Shown in pieces: positions 17,711 through 27,291 of a DNA stretch of 64,000 nt. The DNA comes from an uncultured Bacteroidia bacterium (GTDB lineage Bacteria > Bacteroidota > Bacteroidia > Bacteroidales > CAJPTX01): NCBI GenBank assembly GCA_947252645.1, contig CAMXWF010000002.1, positions 8,632 to 72,631 of the forward strand. Reading direction: 5' to 3'. The notes beneath the pieces were generated by a model, which did not search any database, had not been told where the DNA came from, and saw only the letters and a program-made list of their open reading frames with translations. Each line of letters begins with the position of its first letter. The stretch's first letter is position 1. Made by a program: the position numbers and the translations under genes.

Positions 17711-18229
17711 ATGAAGCAGAGCGTCTTTTACTATCTAGTGGGTGCCTTGTTGGTGCTGCTGTTGTCTGGCTGCCATTCCTCTACCAGCACGCAGGAGGGG
17801 GCGCAGTTCTACGATGCGAGCATCGATGGCTCGGTGCAGCTCGATGAGGCCTTGGCCAATGCCCGCGAGGAGGGGAAGAACCTATTGGTGCAGGTGGGCG
17901 GTGATTGGTGCCCGTGGTGCCGGAAGATTACCCGATTCATCCAGGACGACCAGCAGCTCGCCTCCCTCGTGGAGCAGAGCTACCTGTGGGTGCATCTCTA
18001 CTACGGCAAGGAGAATCACAATGAGACGGCCATGGCGCGCCTGGGTGACCCCATAGGGCAGGGCTTCCCATTTTTCGTGGTGGTTTCCCCGGAAGGGGTT
18101 GTGCTGCATCAGCAGGAGACAGGTTCTTTTGAGCGTGGTGAGACCTACGACCGTGAGGCCCTCCTGCGGTTTCTGCAGGCTTGGCAGGATGCCGGACCTG
18201 CGTCTTCCGAGGAAGGGTCGCCACGGTAG
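17711..18229 (+). CDS. Thioredoxin-fold lipoprotein (CPWC active site)
   Basis: Start at MKQSVFYYLVGALLVLLLSGC (lipobox). The motif VGGDWCPWCRK is a thioredoxin-like CxxC. The ORF track start at 17681 adds 10 aa before the signal peptide. Confidence 0.8.
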   Translation: MKQSVFYYLVGALLVLLLSGCHSSTSTQEGAQFYDASIDGSVQLDEALANAREEGKNLLVQVGGDWCPWCRKITRFIQDDQQLASLVEQSYLWVHLYYGKENHNETAMARLGDPIGQGFPFFVVVSPEGVVLHQQETGSFERGETYDREALLRFLQAWQDAGPASSEEGSPR

Positions 18230-18287
18230 AGCAGCTAGTAGGCACTATGGCTGAAACGGTAGGGATAGTTAAGTTTACGCATTAGGT

Positions 18288-19346
18288 ATGGCGAAGAGCG
18301 ATAACGGCCCCATGGCCAATTTTAGTAACCTCGACAGCGATAAGCTGCGCGCGTTGCAAATGGCCATGGAGAAGATCGATAAGGACTTTGGGCGTGGCAC
18401 AGTCATGACCTTGGGGGATAGAGCTACGGAGGACGTGCCCTGTATTCCCACGGGGGTTATTCAGCTGGATGCCGCCCTGGGTATCGGGGGCTATCCGCGG
18501 GGGCGCATCATAGAGATCTATGGCCCAGAGTCCTCGGGGAAGACCACTTTGGCTATCCACGCAATAGCCCAGGCGCAGCAGCAGGGGGGGGTGGCGGCCA
18601 TCATAGATGCTGAGCACGCCTTCGACCCCACCTATGCCAAGAATCTGGGCGTACAGGTGGATCAGCTACTCATATCGCAGCCAGACAACGGCGAGCAAGC
18701 TCTCGATGTGGCAGACCAACTTATCCGCTCTGGGGCGGTGGACATCGTGGTGGTCGACTCCGTGGCTGCTCTCACGCCCAAGGCTGAGCTTGAGGGCGAT
18801 ATGGGCGATTCCAAGGTCGGGCTCCAGGCTCGGCTGATGTCGCAGGCCATGCGTAAGCTGACGGCCACGATCAGCAAGACATCCACAGTGTGCATCTTCA
18901 TCAACCAGCTGCGCGACAAGATCGGCATGATGATGTATGGCGGGCCCACCGAGACCACTACGGGTGGCAATGCGCTGAAATTCTACTCCTCGGTGCGCCT
19001 GGACATCCGCAGGATAGGCTCCCTGAAAGACGCGGCCGACATCCAGTACGGTAACCGGGTGCGCATCAAGGTGGTGAAGAATAAGCTTGCCCCGCCCTTC
19101 CGGCGCGTAGAGGCCGATATGATCTTTGGTGAGGGTATATCGCGCAGTGCTGAGATAATGGATCTCGGGGTTGCGCTCAACATCGTCCAGAAGAGCGGGG
19201 CGTGGTTTTCCTATGGGGAGACACGGCTCGGTCAGGGGAAGGAGAATGCCCGTTGTATGCTGCTGGACAATCCTGACCTCATGCAGGAGATAGAGGCGAA
19301 GGTGCGCGCGGAGCTCAAGGAGCATCCCGAGAAACTGAAAGTGTAG
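18288..19346 (+). CDS. recA: Recombinase RecA
   Basis: 352-aa ORF with Walker A (GPESSGKTT), the IIDAEHAFD and VVDSVAAL blocks, and [17 protein letters not shown]. Confidence 0.98.
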   Translation: MAKSDNGPMANFSNLDSDKLRALQMAMEKIDKDFGRGTVMTLGDRATEDVPCIPTGVIQLDAALGIGGYPRGRIIEIYGPESSGKTTLAIHAIAQAQQQGGVAAIIDAEHAFDPTYAKNLGVQVDQLLISQPDNGEQALDVADQLIRSGAVDIVVVDSVAALTPKAELEGDMGDSKVGLQARLMSQAMRKLTATISKTSTVCIFINQLRDKIGMMMYGGPTETTTGGNALKFYSSVRLDIRRIGSLKDAADIQYGNRVRIKVVKNKLAPPFRRVEADMIFGEGISRSAEIMDLGVALNIVQKSGAWFSYGETRLGQGKENARCMLLDNPDLMQEIEAKVRAELKEHPEKLKV

Positions 19347-19405
19347 TTTGATGGCCGTCCCCCACCCTACGCGTGTATGGGCGGGTGGCGGCGGAGGACA
19401 CGCAA

Positions 19406-19603
19406 ATGGGAAGAGTGAAAAATCTAAAGCTATTCTATAGCGAGCAGCCTGCCAACTGCCCGATGTGTGGTAAGCATACCGTGGTTACAGTGATGCCTGA
19501 GGAGCAGCAGAAGCTGGCGCAGACGGATGACCAAGGCAACCGGCACGTGCCTTCGTGGATGTGCGAATCGTGTGGGACTCTGCTATTCAAGCAGACAGAG
19601 TAG
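19406..19603 (+). CDS. Small hypothetical zinc-ribbon protein
   Basis: 65 aa from MGRVKNLKLF. It has two CxxC pairs (CPMCGK ... CESCGT) about 33 aa apart. It fills the recA to DUF349 gap on the same strand. I recognise no family. Confidence 0.45.
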   Translation: MGRVKNLKLFYSEQPANCPMCGKHTVVTVMPEEQQKLAQTDDQGNRHVPSWMCESCGTLLFKQTE

Positions 19604-19691
19604 CCGCGCTGCGGTTCTGTATACAAGCCAGTAAGAACTAGCGGGGGCGGTTGCGTGTGCATGCGAAATCACCCCAGGAGGAGATAGGGCG

Positions 19692-21824
19692 ATGGAAGAG
19701 AATATTTCCAACATCGAGCATGGGGGCGACCACGACCTGCCCCCCCAGGCCGTGGTGCCTGCAGTAGAGCAGCCGCAAGAAGAGGTGGCAGATTTGGCTG
19801 AGCCGTGCGTAGGGAGCAACGGGGAGCAGAAACCCGCTGCAGAGGCAGATGCCGTAGCCCCCGCAACCCCAGCCACCCCGGAGGTACCAGGGGGTGAGGA
19901 GGCTTCACCGCGTGAGGTAGCGTGTGGCGAGAGCTGCGCGGAAGAGGTCCATGCGTCGCTGCTTGACGTGGCATCGGCCGAAGCCCCAGACGAGGAACTC
20001 GAGGAGGAATCTACCCAGCCCCAAACTGCAGGAGAGAAGCCTGAGTCCCCATTGCCTGAATCTGTAGATCTGTCGCAGATGTCGCTCCAGGAACTCCTGG
20101 AGTGCCTGGAGAAGCTCTCTAAGCAGGAGCTCTCGCAGGAGCTGCAGCAGGCGGTGGAGCGCGTGAGGGCCAATTTTTATCGCAAGCGCAAGGTGCTCTT
20201 GGAGCAGGAGAAGCAGCTTTGGGTTTCGCAGGGGGGGCGGCCAGAGGAGTTTCAGCCTAGCGAGTCGGAGGTAGCCAGCCAGTTTGCCAAGCTTCACGAT
20301 GCCTATATTGCGCGCCGTCATGCGGCGGCCGCCGCGCAGGAGGCCGAGCAGAGGGACAACCTGGGCAAAAAGCTTGAGGTGTTAAAAAAGATCGAGGCAC
20401 TCACCCAGGGACAGGAGATTCAAGGGCAGACCTTCAGGGAGTTCGAAGCCCTGCGTGCCGAGTGGCGGAGCATAGGCCACGTGCCTCGTGCAGAGGCCGA
20501 GCATCTCTACCAGTCGTACAACCACCAAATAGAGGTCTTCTACGACTACGTCAAGCTTGACCGCGAGCTTCGCGACCTCGACTATAAGAAAAACCTTGAG
20601 GAAAAGACCCGGCTCTGCGAGCAGGCCGAGGATTTGATCGCTGAGACGAACGTCATCAAGGCCTTCCGTAGCCTGCAGGAACTCCACGCCACCTGGAAGG
20701 AGATCGGCCCTGTGCCCCGCGAGAAAAACGATGAGATATGGCAGCGATTCTCTCATGCCACGGCCATCATCAATGGCCGACACCGCGAGCATTTGCAGGA
20801 GCTGAAGGCCAAATTTGCTGAGAGCCTGAAGGTTAAGGAGTCGCTCTGCCTACAGGCCGAGGAGGTGCTCAAGCACGAGCGTGCACGCTATACCGACTGG
20901 ATTGCAGACACCCAGAAGATGGTGGAGCTCCAGCGGCAGTGGAAGGACTCTGGCCCGCTCTCTTCTAAGCGACAAGACGTTTGGGATCACTTCCAGTCCA
21001 TATGCCAGGAGTTCTTCTCAGCCCGACGGGCTCGTGAGAAGGAGAATAAGCAGCTGGGGAAGGAGAATCTTCAGAAAAAGACCGACCTCTGCCTACAGGC
21101 CGAGGCCCTGCAGGATAGCACCGATTGGCGGGGCACTACCCAGGAGCTGATTGCTCTCCAAAAGCAATGGAAAGAGATCGGCTTTACGCCCCGTAAACCT
21201 GGCCAGGAGCTATGGGAGCGCTTCAGGGCCGCCCAGGACCATTTCTTCGAGCGGCGCAACGAGGCCAACAGGGCCCAAAGCCAGGAATACCGTGATAACT
21301 TGGCCCGCAAGGAGGCCTTGATACACGATCTTGAGGTCTACGAGATGCCCGAGGACCCCAAGGAGGCCATCGAGGTACTCAAGCACTTCCAGAGCGTCTG
21401 GGGTAGCATAGGCTTTGTGCCCATCAAGAAAAAGGACGACCTCCAGCGACGTTATCGTGAGCTGCTCGATGCACATTACGGCAAGCTGCACCTAGAGCGC
21501 AAGGAACAGCGCGCTGCGGCCTATGGGAGTCGTCTCGATGCCGCCATGCAGGGCAATGAGGCCGAGCAGGAGCTACTCCACGAACGCCGTCGCCTCGACA
21601 GAAGGCTCCATGACCTAGAGTCCGAGCGCGCCCAGATAGAGAACAACATGAGCTTTGTCAGCGCCTCAGATCAGGATAACCCCATGCTGGCCCATGTGCG
21701 CCAGCGCGTGGATCAACTCTCGGAGGCCATAAGCGATCTCCAGGCGCAGCTCCGGGCTGTGGCCCAGCGACTGCAAGCTCTCCACGAGAAAAAAGACAAG
21801 CCCGAAACAGACACCAAGCAATGA
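19692..21824 (+). CDS. DUF349-repeat protein with an acidic low-complexity N-terminus
   Basis: 710-aa ORF. It has repeated ~75-aa units with the DUF349 signature W+xIG.VPR....LW.RF....D.FF.RR, for example WKEIGPVPREKNDEIWQRF and WKEIGFTPRKPGQELWERFRAAQDHFFERR. Confidence 0.85.
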   Translation: MEENISNIEHGGDHDLPPQAVVPAVEQPQEEVADLAEPCVGSNGEQKPAAEADAVAPATPATPEVPGGEEASPREVACGESCAEEVHASLLDVASAEAPDEELEEESTQPQTAGEKPESPLPESVDLSQMSLQELLECLEKLSKQELSQELQQAVERVRANFYRKRKVLLEQEKQLWVSQGGRPEEFQPSESEVASQFAKLHDAYIARRHAAAAAQEAEQRDNLGKKLEVLKKIEALTQGQEIQGQTFREFEALRAEWRSIGHVPRAEAEHLYQSYNHQIEVFYDYVKLDRELRDLDYKKNLEEKTRLCEQAEDLIAETNVIKAFRSLQELHATWKEIGPVPREKNDEIWQRFSHATAIINGRHREHLQELKAKFAESLKVKESLCLQAEEVLKHERARYTDWIADTQKMVELQRQWKDSGPLSSKRQDVWDHFQSICQEFFSARRAREKENKQLGKENLQKKTDLCLQAEALQDSTDWRGTTQELIALQKQWKEIGFTPRKPGQELWERFRAAQDHFFERRNEANRAQSQEYRDNLARKEALIHDLEVYEMPEDPKEAIEVLKHFQSVWGSIGFVPIKKKDDLQRRYRELLDAHYGKLHLERKEQRAAAYGSRLDAAMQGNEAEQELLHERRRLDRRLHDLESERAQIENNMSFVSASDQDNPMLAHVRQRVDQLSEAISDLQAQLRAVAQRLQALHEKKDKPETDTKQ

Positions 21825-23491
21825 TGGAACCGCAGGGGGATAGCACCGCGCAGGGTGCAGCGCTGGAGGCAGCACCAACCAACACTAAGTATGTCTTTGT
21901 CTCCGGGGGCGTGTGCTCCTCGCTAGGCAAAGGCATTATAGCGGCCTCGCTGGGTAAGCTCCTGCAGAGTAGAGGCTATAAGGTCTCCATCCAGAAACTC
22001 GACCCCTACCTGAATATCGACCCTGGCACCCTCAACCCCTATGAGCACGGGGAGTGCTACGTCACGCAGGATGGGGCTGAAACAGACCTGGACCTTGGCC
22101 ACTACGAGCGCTTCCTCAACCACCCCACCTCGCAGGCCAACAGCGTCAGCAGCGGACAAGTCTACCAGAGCGTCATCCAGAAGGAGCGGCGCGGGGAATA
22201 CCTGGGCAAAACGGTGCAGGTGATTCCGCACATCACCGATGAGATCAAGCGACGCATCAAACAGCTAGCCAGCAGGGGATGCTACGACGTATGCATCGTG
22301 GAGATTGGGGGCACGGTGGGCGACATCGAGTCCCTGCCCTATATAGAGGCCATACGGCAGCTTAAATGGGATCTGGGCCCTCGCGATACGGCCTTCGTCC
22401 ATCTGACCCTCGTGCCCTACTTGGCGGCTTCGGGTGAGCTGAAAACCAAGCCCACCCAGCATTCCGTCAAGGAAATGCTCCAGAACGGCATACAGCCCGA
22501 TATCATAGTGTTGCGCTCCGAGCATCAGCTCTCGCAAGATCTCAGGGCCAAGGTGGCGCACTTTTGCAATGTGAAGCCGGGGCACGTGGTGCAGTCCATC
22601 GATGTCCCCACTATCTACGAGGTGCCCCTGCGCATGCACGAGGAGGGACTCGATACCGCCGTACTCGAGAAGCTCGATCTCCCAGCCGAGCGGCAGCCCG
22701 ATCTGGCGCAGTGGAAGGATTTCTTGACTCGCTTCTACCACCCCAAGCATACCCTCAAGGTGGCCTTGGTGGGCAAGTACGTCAAGCTGCCCGATGCCTA
22801 CAAGTCCATCCACGAGGCCGTCATCCATGCGGGGGCTGCCTTGGAGACTCGCGTGGAGCTGGTGAGCATCTCCTCGGAGGAGCTCACAGCTGACAACGTT
22901 GGGGAACACCTCCACGATTGCCAGGCCATTATCGTGGCGCCAGGCTTTGGCCAGCGGGGCATCGAGGGGAAAATCTGCGCCGTGCAGTATGCACGGGAGC
23001 AGGGCTTGCCCTTCCTGGGTATTTGCCTTGGCATGCAGTGCGCAGTTGTAGAGTTTGCCCGCCACGTGCTCCACTTGGACAAGGCCACTTCCCGGGAATG
23101 GGATCCTGGCACCCACGAGCCTGTCATAGACCTGATGGAGTCCCAGAAGGATGTCATCGAAAAGGGCGGCACGATGCGTCTGGGCGCCTACCCTTGCCGC
23201 TTGTCGCATGGGTCTAAGGTGTACCAGGCCTATGGGGCAGACCTCATCAACGAGCGCCATCGCCATCGATACGAGTTCAACGAGGATTATTGCCAACGTT
23301 TTGCGCAGGCGGGTATGGTGGCCACAGGGCGTAACCCCCAAACCAACCTCGTGGAGGTGGTCGAGATTCCCAGCCATCCTTGGTTCGTGGGCGTGCAGTT
23401 CCACCCTGAGTACCAGAGCTCGGTGCTGACACCACATCCCCTCTTCGTGGCTCTCTTCAAGGCCGCACTCCAACAGGCCCAGTCGCGCTAA
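21821..23491 (+). CDS. pyrG: CTP synthase
   Basis: 556-aa ORF with KYVFVSGGVCSSLGKGI, the GATase nucleophile GICLGMQ, and HRHRYEFN. Its ATG overlaps the DUF349 stop (ATGA). It carries about 20 extra aa before the conserved N-terminus. Confidence 0.97.
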   Translation: MMEPQGDSTAQGAALEAAPTNTKYVFVSGGVCSSLGKGIIAASLGKLLQSRGYKVSIQKLDPYLNIDPGTLNPYEHGECYVTQDGAETDLDLGHYERFLNHPTSQANSVSSGQVYQSVIQKERRGEYLGKTVQVIPHITDEIKRRIKQLASRGCYDVCIVEIGGTVGDIESLPYIEAIRQLKWDLGPRDTAFVHLTLVPYLAASGELKTKPTQHSVKEMLQNGIQPDIIVLRSEHQLSQDLRAKVAHFCNVKPGHVVQSIDVPTIYEVPLRMHEEGLDTAVLEKLDLPAERQPDLAQWKDFLTRFYHPKHTLKVALVGKYVKLPDAYKSIHEAVIHAGAALETRVELVSISSEELTADNVGEHLHDCQAIIVAPGFGQRGIEGKICAVQYAREQGLPFLGICLGMQCAVVEFARHVLHLDKATSREWDPGTHEPVIDLMESQKDVIEKGGTMRLGAYPCRLSHGSKVYQAYGADLINERHRHRYEFNEDYCQRFAQAGMVATGRNPQTNLVEVVEIPSHPWFVGVQFHPEYQSSVLTPHPLFVALFKAALQQAQSR

Positions 23492-23543
23492 GGTGCCGAC
23501 GGCGGGCGCAGACTCATTAGCCGCAGCTTTTCCCTAATATAGC

Positions 23544-25391
23544 ATGGATAAAAACACCATCATCGGGCTAGTCCTGATTTTCCTAATCATCGTAGGTTTT
23601 TCTGTCCTCAATCGGCCTAGCAAGGAGGAATTGGCGAAGCGACAGCGAACCCTCGACTCTATTGCGCAGCTTGAGAACAAGCGCCAGGCCGACCTCCTAG
23701 CCTTCCAAAAGCGGCAGGCAGCCCAGGAAGACTCCGCACGGCTTGCAAATGCTGACTCGACTACCCTCCAGTGGACGGTCAATGGCGCGCCCGACACGCT
23801 CCTATTGGAGAATGACTTCCTCAAGCTACACCTCGTCACTGCGGGGGGGCGCATTGCCAAGGCACAGCTCAAGGGCTTTAAGACCTACCAGGGCGATTCC
23901 CTGTGCCTATTCCAGCATCCTGACGATACCTTTGGCTTCCTCTTCCTAGTAGGGGCAGCAGAGTTCAACACGTCCACCCTCCCGTTCCTTCCCCTGCGCA
24001 ACGCCAGTGTACAAAAAGCGCTACAGGCAGGCGATACGGCCCAGCTCACCCTGCGGTTTACGGCCTCGCCTACCGCCTATATCGATTATACCTATACCCT
24101 GCCCTACCATGACCACCAGGTCAAGCTTAGCGTGCAGTTTCACCAGATGGACCAGCTCATCACCTCCCAGCAAGGGTATATCGACATGGGGTGGCGGATG
24201 TTCTCTCCCCAGCAGGAGCGGGGTATTAAGCGAGAGCAGGACTATTCGACCATCGCCTACTCTACGGCCAACGGTGACTACGAGGAGCTGAATCGTCGCG
24301 AAGGCTACGACAGCGCCAACGTCAACACCAAGGTGCGCTGGGTAGCCTTCAAGGAGCAGTTCTTCATGACCGCGCTCAGCGTATCGGATGGCTTTATGCA
24401 GGGCAATTTCGTCATGAACGCTGCCAACCAAGGCGGCTACGTCCGCCAGTTCGATGCCAAGCTCATGCTGCCTTTCGAGGGCGGGGCTAATGATCGCTAT
24501 GCTCTCGACTTCTATCTGTGCCCAAACCACTATGAAACGCTCAAGGACTACGGCCTCGGCATGGAGAAGGTCATTCCGCTCGGGTGGTCGCTGGTCAGCT
24601 GGGTCAATAAGTACTTTGTCATCCCGGTCTTCAATTGGCTCAACAAGCGCATCAACAGCTATGGGCTCATCATTCTGATTCTGACGATTCTCATCAAGCT
24701 CATCGTCTTCCCGCTCACCTACAAGTCCTATGTGAGTAGTGCTAAGATGAGAGTCCTCAAGCCCATGGTGGATCAGATAGGGAGCAAGTTCCCCCGCAAG
24801 GAGGATGCAATGAAAAAGCAGCAAGCCATCATGGAGCTCTACAAGCGCGGTGGTGTCAACCCCATGGGGGGCTGCCTGCCCATGCTGATCCAGTTCCCCA
24901 TCCTGGTGGCCATGTTCTACTTCTTCCCGGCCTCCATCGAGCTCCGCCAGCAGAGCTTCCTGTGGGCCGATGACCTCTCAACCTACGACTCCATCTTCCA
25001 GCTCCCCTTCAGTATCCCCTTCTATGGAGACCACGTCAGCCTCTTTACCCTCTTGATGTGCGTCTCCATGTTCCTTACCTCCCTGATGAACCTCAAGCAG
25101 CAGGGCAATAGCAGTGCCAATTCGATGCCGGGGATGAAATTCATGATGCTCTACATGATGCCCATCATGATGCTCTTTTTCCTCAATAACTACTCCTCGG
25201 GCCTGAGCTACTACTACCTGCTGGCCAACCTGATTACCATAGGGCAGACCTTCCTAGTCCAGCGTCTCTTCGACGAGAAAAAACTACTAGAAAAGATCAA
25301 CTCCACACCGGCCAAAAAGCCCAAAAAGAGTCGCTTCATGCAGCGGCTCGAGCAAATGCAGAAGGAGCAAGAGCGCCGCAAACGACGCTAG
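23544..25391 (+). CDS. yidC: Membrane protein insertase YidC
   Basis: 615-aa ORF with an N-terminal TM, a large periplasmic domain and a C-terminal core (NPMGGCLPMLIQFPILVAMFYFF ... YYYLLANLITIGQ), followed by a basic tail. Confidence 0.95.
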   Translation: MDKNTIIGLVLIFLIIVGFSVLNRPSKEELAKRQRTLDSIAQLENKRQADLLAFQKRQAAQEDSARLANADSTTLQWTVNGAPDTLLLENDFLKLHLVTAGGRIAKAQLKGFKTYQGDSLCLFQHPDDTFGFLFLVGAAEFNTSTLPFLPLRNASVQKALQAGDTAQLTLRFTASPTAYIDYTYTLPYHDHQVKLSVQFHQMDQLITSQQGYIDMGWRMFSPQQERGIKREQDYSTIAYSTANGDYEELNRREGYDSANVNTKVRWVAFKEQFFMTALSVSDGFMQGNFVMNAANQGGYVRQFDAKLMLPFEGGANDRYALDFYLCPNHYETLKDYGLGMEKVIPLGWSLVSWVNKYFVIPVFNWLNKRINSYGLIILILTILIKLIVFPLTYKSYVSSAKMRVLKPMVDQIGSKFPRKEDAMKKQQAIMELYKRGGVNPMGGCLPMLIQFPILVAMFYFFPASIELRQQSFLWADDLSTYDSIFQLPFSIPFYGDHVSLFTLLMCVSMFLTSLMNLKQQGNSSANSMPGMKFMMLYMMPIMMLFFLNNYSSGLSYYYLLANLITIGQTFLVQRLFDEKKLLEKINSTPAKKPKKSRFMQRLEQMQKEQERRKRR

Positions 25392-25412
25392 CCTGTTGCC
25401 TAGTTTCTAACA

Positions 25413-26291
25413 ATGCGCATGGCTCGTCGCGCCCGTTTCTCTTGCTTGTTTTTGGCCCTGTGCCTAGCCCTGGCAGTGCTTGGCACTGCTAGCCGAGGCA
25501 TCAGTCGCCCCGCCGTGTGGGGGGCCATGCGTTGCCGCGGTGCAGGCCTAGCCGCCGCGGACTTATCCACAGTCGTTCCTGCTCGTGATGGGGGAGCAGG
25601 GCGGGAGGCCCTCGCCATCCCCGTGGCCAAGGATGTGGCCAGCTTGTCTATAATTCGGCATGCGCACTATACCATCGGCTATAGCACCAAGTGGCTTCAG
25701 CCCGCTTGGGTGGCCTATGCGCTTGAGCCTGAGGAGCTGAAAAAAAACGTTCCGAGGCAAAATAGCTTTGCCGACGACCCGCTCTACCTAGGGCGCGAGG
25801 CCACCCCGGCCGATTACAAGAATTCTGGCTACAGTCGGGGCCACCTGGCGCCCTCGGCCGACATGCGCTTCAGCCAGCAGGCCATGGAGGAGTGCTTCTA
25901 CTTTACCAACGTGGCCCCGCAGTTCATTGCGTTCAACAGCGGGATCTGGAATAGCTTGGAGCAAAAAGTGAGGGCTTGGGCCGCAGAGTTCGGTACTATC
26001 TTCATCGCCACTGGCCCCTGCTTCATCGGGAAGCCGCTCGACTATATAGGCCGTCAGCGCGTGCCAGTGCCTACTCACTTCTACAAGGCCTTGCTCATGC
26101 AACGCAACAACCAGTGGTATGGCATTGCATTCCTCATCCCGCATAGGACGCACAAAGGCAAGGTCAAGCAATTTGCCTGCTCTATCGATCAGCTGGAGGA
26201 GGCCGTGCAGATCGACTTCTTTCCCCAGCTGCCCGACTCCGTTGAGGAGCCGCTGGAAGCCCAGCTACAGCCTGCGCCCTGGTTTAACTGA
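25413..26291 (+). CDS. Secreted DNA/RNA non-specific endonuclease (Serratia-nuclease / EndoG family)
   Basis: 292-aa ORF with a signal peptide. The active-site block is SGYSRGHLAPSADM (the RGH motif) followed by FYFTNVAPQ. Confidence 0.85.
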   Translation: MRMARRARFSCLFLALCLALAVLGTASRGISRPAVWGAMRCRGAGLAAADLSTVVPARDGGAGREALAIPVAKDVASLSIIRHAHYTIGYSTKWLQPAWVAYALEPEELKKNVPRQNSFADDPLYLGREATPADYKNSGYSRGHLAPSADMRFSQQAMEECFYFTNVAPQFIAFNSGIWNSLEQKVRAWAAEFGTIFIATGPCFIGKPLDYIGRQRVPVPTHFYKALLMQRNNQWYGIAFLIPHRTHKGKVKQFACSIDQLEEAVQIDFFPQLPDSVEEPLEAQLQPAPWFN

Positions 26292-26295
26292 TGCC

Positions 26296-27195
26296 ATGCA
26301 ATGCCAACTATGTGCCTTTCGTTGTGGCGTTAATCGCGCCCAGCAGCTGGGCGTATGCCAAATAGATAGCGGCCTCTATGTGGCTGCCGTCTGCCAGCAT
26401 AGGGGCGAGGAGCCGGTACTCGGTAATGGCCTTGGGGTGTGCAATGTCTTCTTTGCCCACTGCAACCTCCAGTGCTGCTTTTGCCAAAACTGCCAGATTA
26501 GCAGCAATGCGCTCTCCCTGGCCCCCTACTCCACCAATTTACCAACGCTCGTGGAGCGCATATCGGCGTGCCTGCGTCTAGGGCTTGACACCCTAGGCTT
26601 GGTCTCCCCCACTCCCTATGTGCCTTGGATTCCCCCCCTGATCGAGGCGCTCCACCATCGCGGACTCGAGCCAACCGTGGTCTACAACACCAATGGCTAC
26701 GAAACACCCCAAGCCATAGAATCCCTCAAGGGGCTCGTGGACATCTACCTCCCCGACTACAAGTACGGGAGCTATGCCCTGGCCAAGGAGCTTTCCCGGG
26801 CGCCTCGCTACCCCGATGTGGCCTTGGAGGCCATCCAGGCCATGGCTGCGCAGGTCGGCGTGGGGCTGCAGCTCGATGCCCGTGGTAGCGCCCGACGAGG
26901 GCTCATTGTCCGCCACCTCGTATTGCCAGGCTACTTAGACAACTCCAAGGCGGCGCTTGTCAACTTGGCCACTGAGCTCTCCCCCGACATCTACCTTTCG
27001 CTCCTAGCGCAGTATGTGCCTTTTGGCAACGTGACTCGCTTCCCCAATTTGCAGCGTAGGCTGACGCAGCCAGAGTACGATGAGGTGGCGGAGTATGCCT
27101 ATGGGCTCGGGTTCAGCCACGGCTGGACGCAGGAGCTCTCTAGCGCAGCGTACTACGCCCCCGACTTCACCAAGCCCAATCCATTCGAGCACTAA
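26296..27195 (+). CDS. Radical SAM protein, PflX-like (related to pyruvate formate-lyase activase)
   Basis: I place the start at MQCQLCAFRCGV (ATG at 26296). The longer track ORF from 26119 overlaps the nuclease gene. The motif CNLQCCFCQN is Cx3Cx2C, and there is an N-terminal Cys cluster CxxCxxxC. Confidence 0.8.
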   Translation: MQCQLCAFRCGVNRAQQLGVCQIDSGLYVAAVCQHRGEEPVLGNGLGVCNVFFAHCNLQCCFCQNCQISSNALSLAPYSTNLPTLVERISACLRLGLDTLGLVSPTPYVPWIPPLIEALHHRGLEPTVVYNTNGYETPQAIESLKGLVDIYLPDYKYGSYALAKELSRAPRYPDVALEAIQAMAAQVGVGLQLDARGSARRGLIVRHLVLPGYLDNSKAALVNLATELSPDIYLSLLAQYVPFGNVTRFPNLQRRLTQPEYDEVAEYAYGLGFSHGWTQELSSAAYYAPDFTKPNPFEH

Positions 27196-27291
27196 TCCCC
27201 ACCTCCATAGCCGCCCACCCCACTGCAATAGCGTTTGCAACTTCTCCTTGCGCTAAAATAGTAAATTCGCCCCGTATCTATTTGGTCAGCA

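Noticed and set aside
21821-21890. A 20-aa N-terminal extension of pyrG with an ATGA overlap onto the DUF349 gene, as a possible novelty
   Set aside because: It probably reflects the only available in-frame ATG and ordinary translational coupling. The extension is low-complexity and carries no evident function.
22265-23473. 402-aa ORF antisense to pyrG
   Set aside because: It lies entirely inside the strongly supported CTP synthase gene on the opposite strand. Its sequence is Leu/His/Gly/Arg-rich with no recognisable motifs. Long antisense ORFs are expected in GC-rich coding DNA.
24021-24824. 267-aa ORF antisense to yidC
   Set aside because: It is a shadow ORF inside yidC with no signal, TM or domain pattern of its own.
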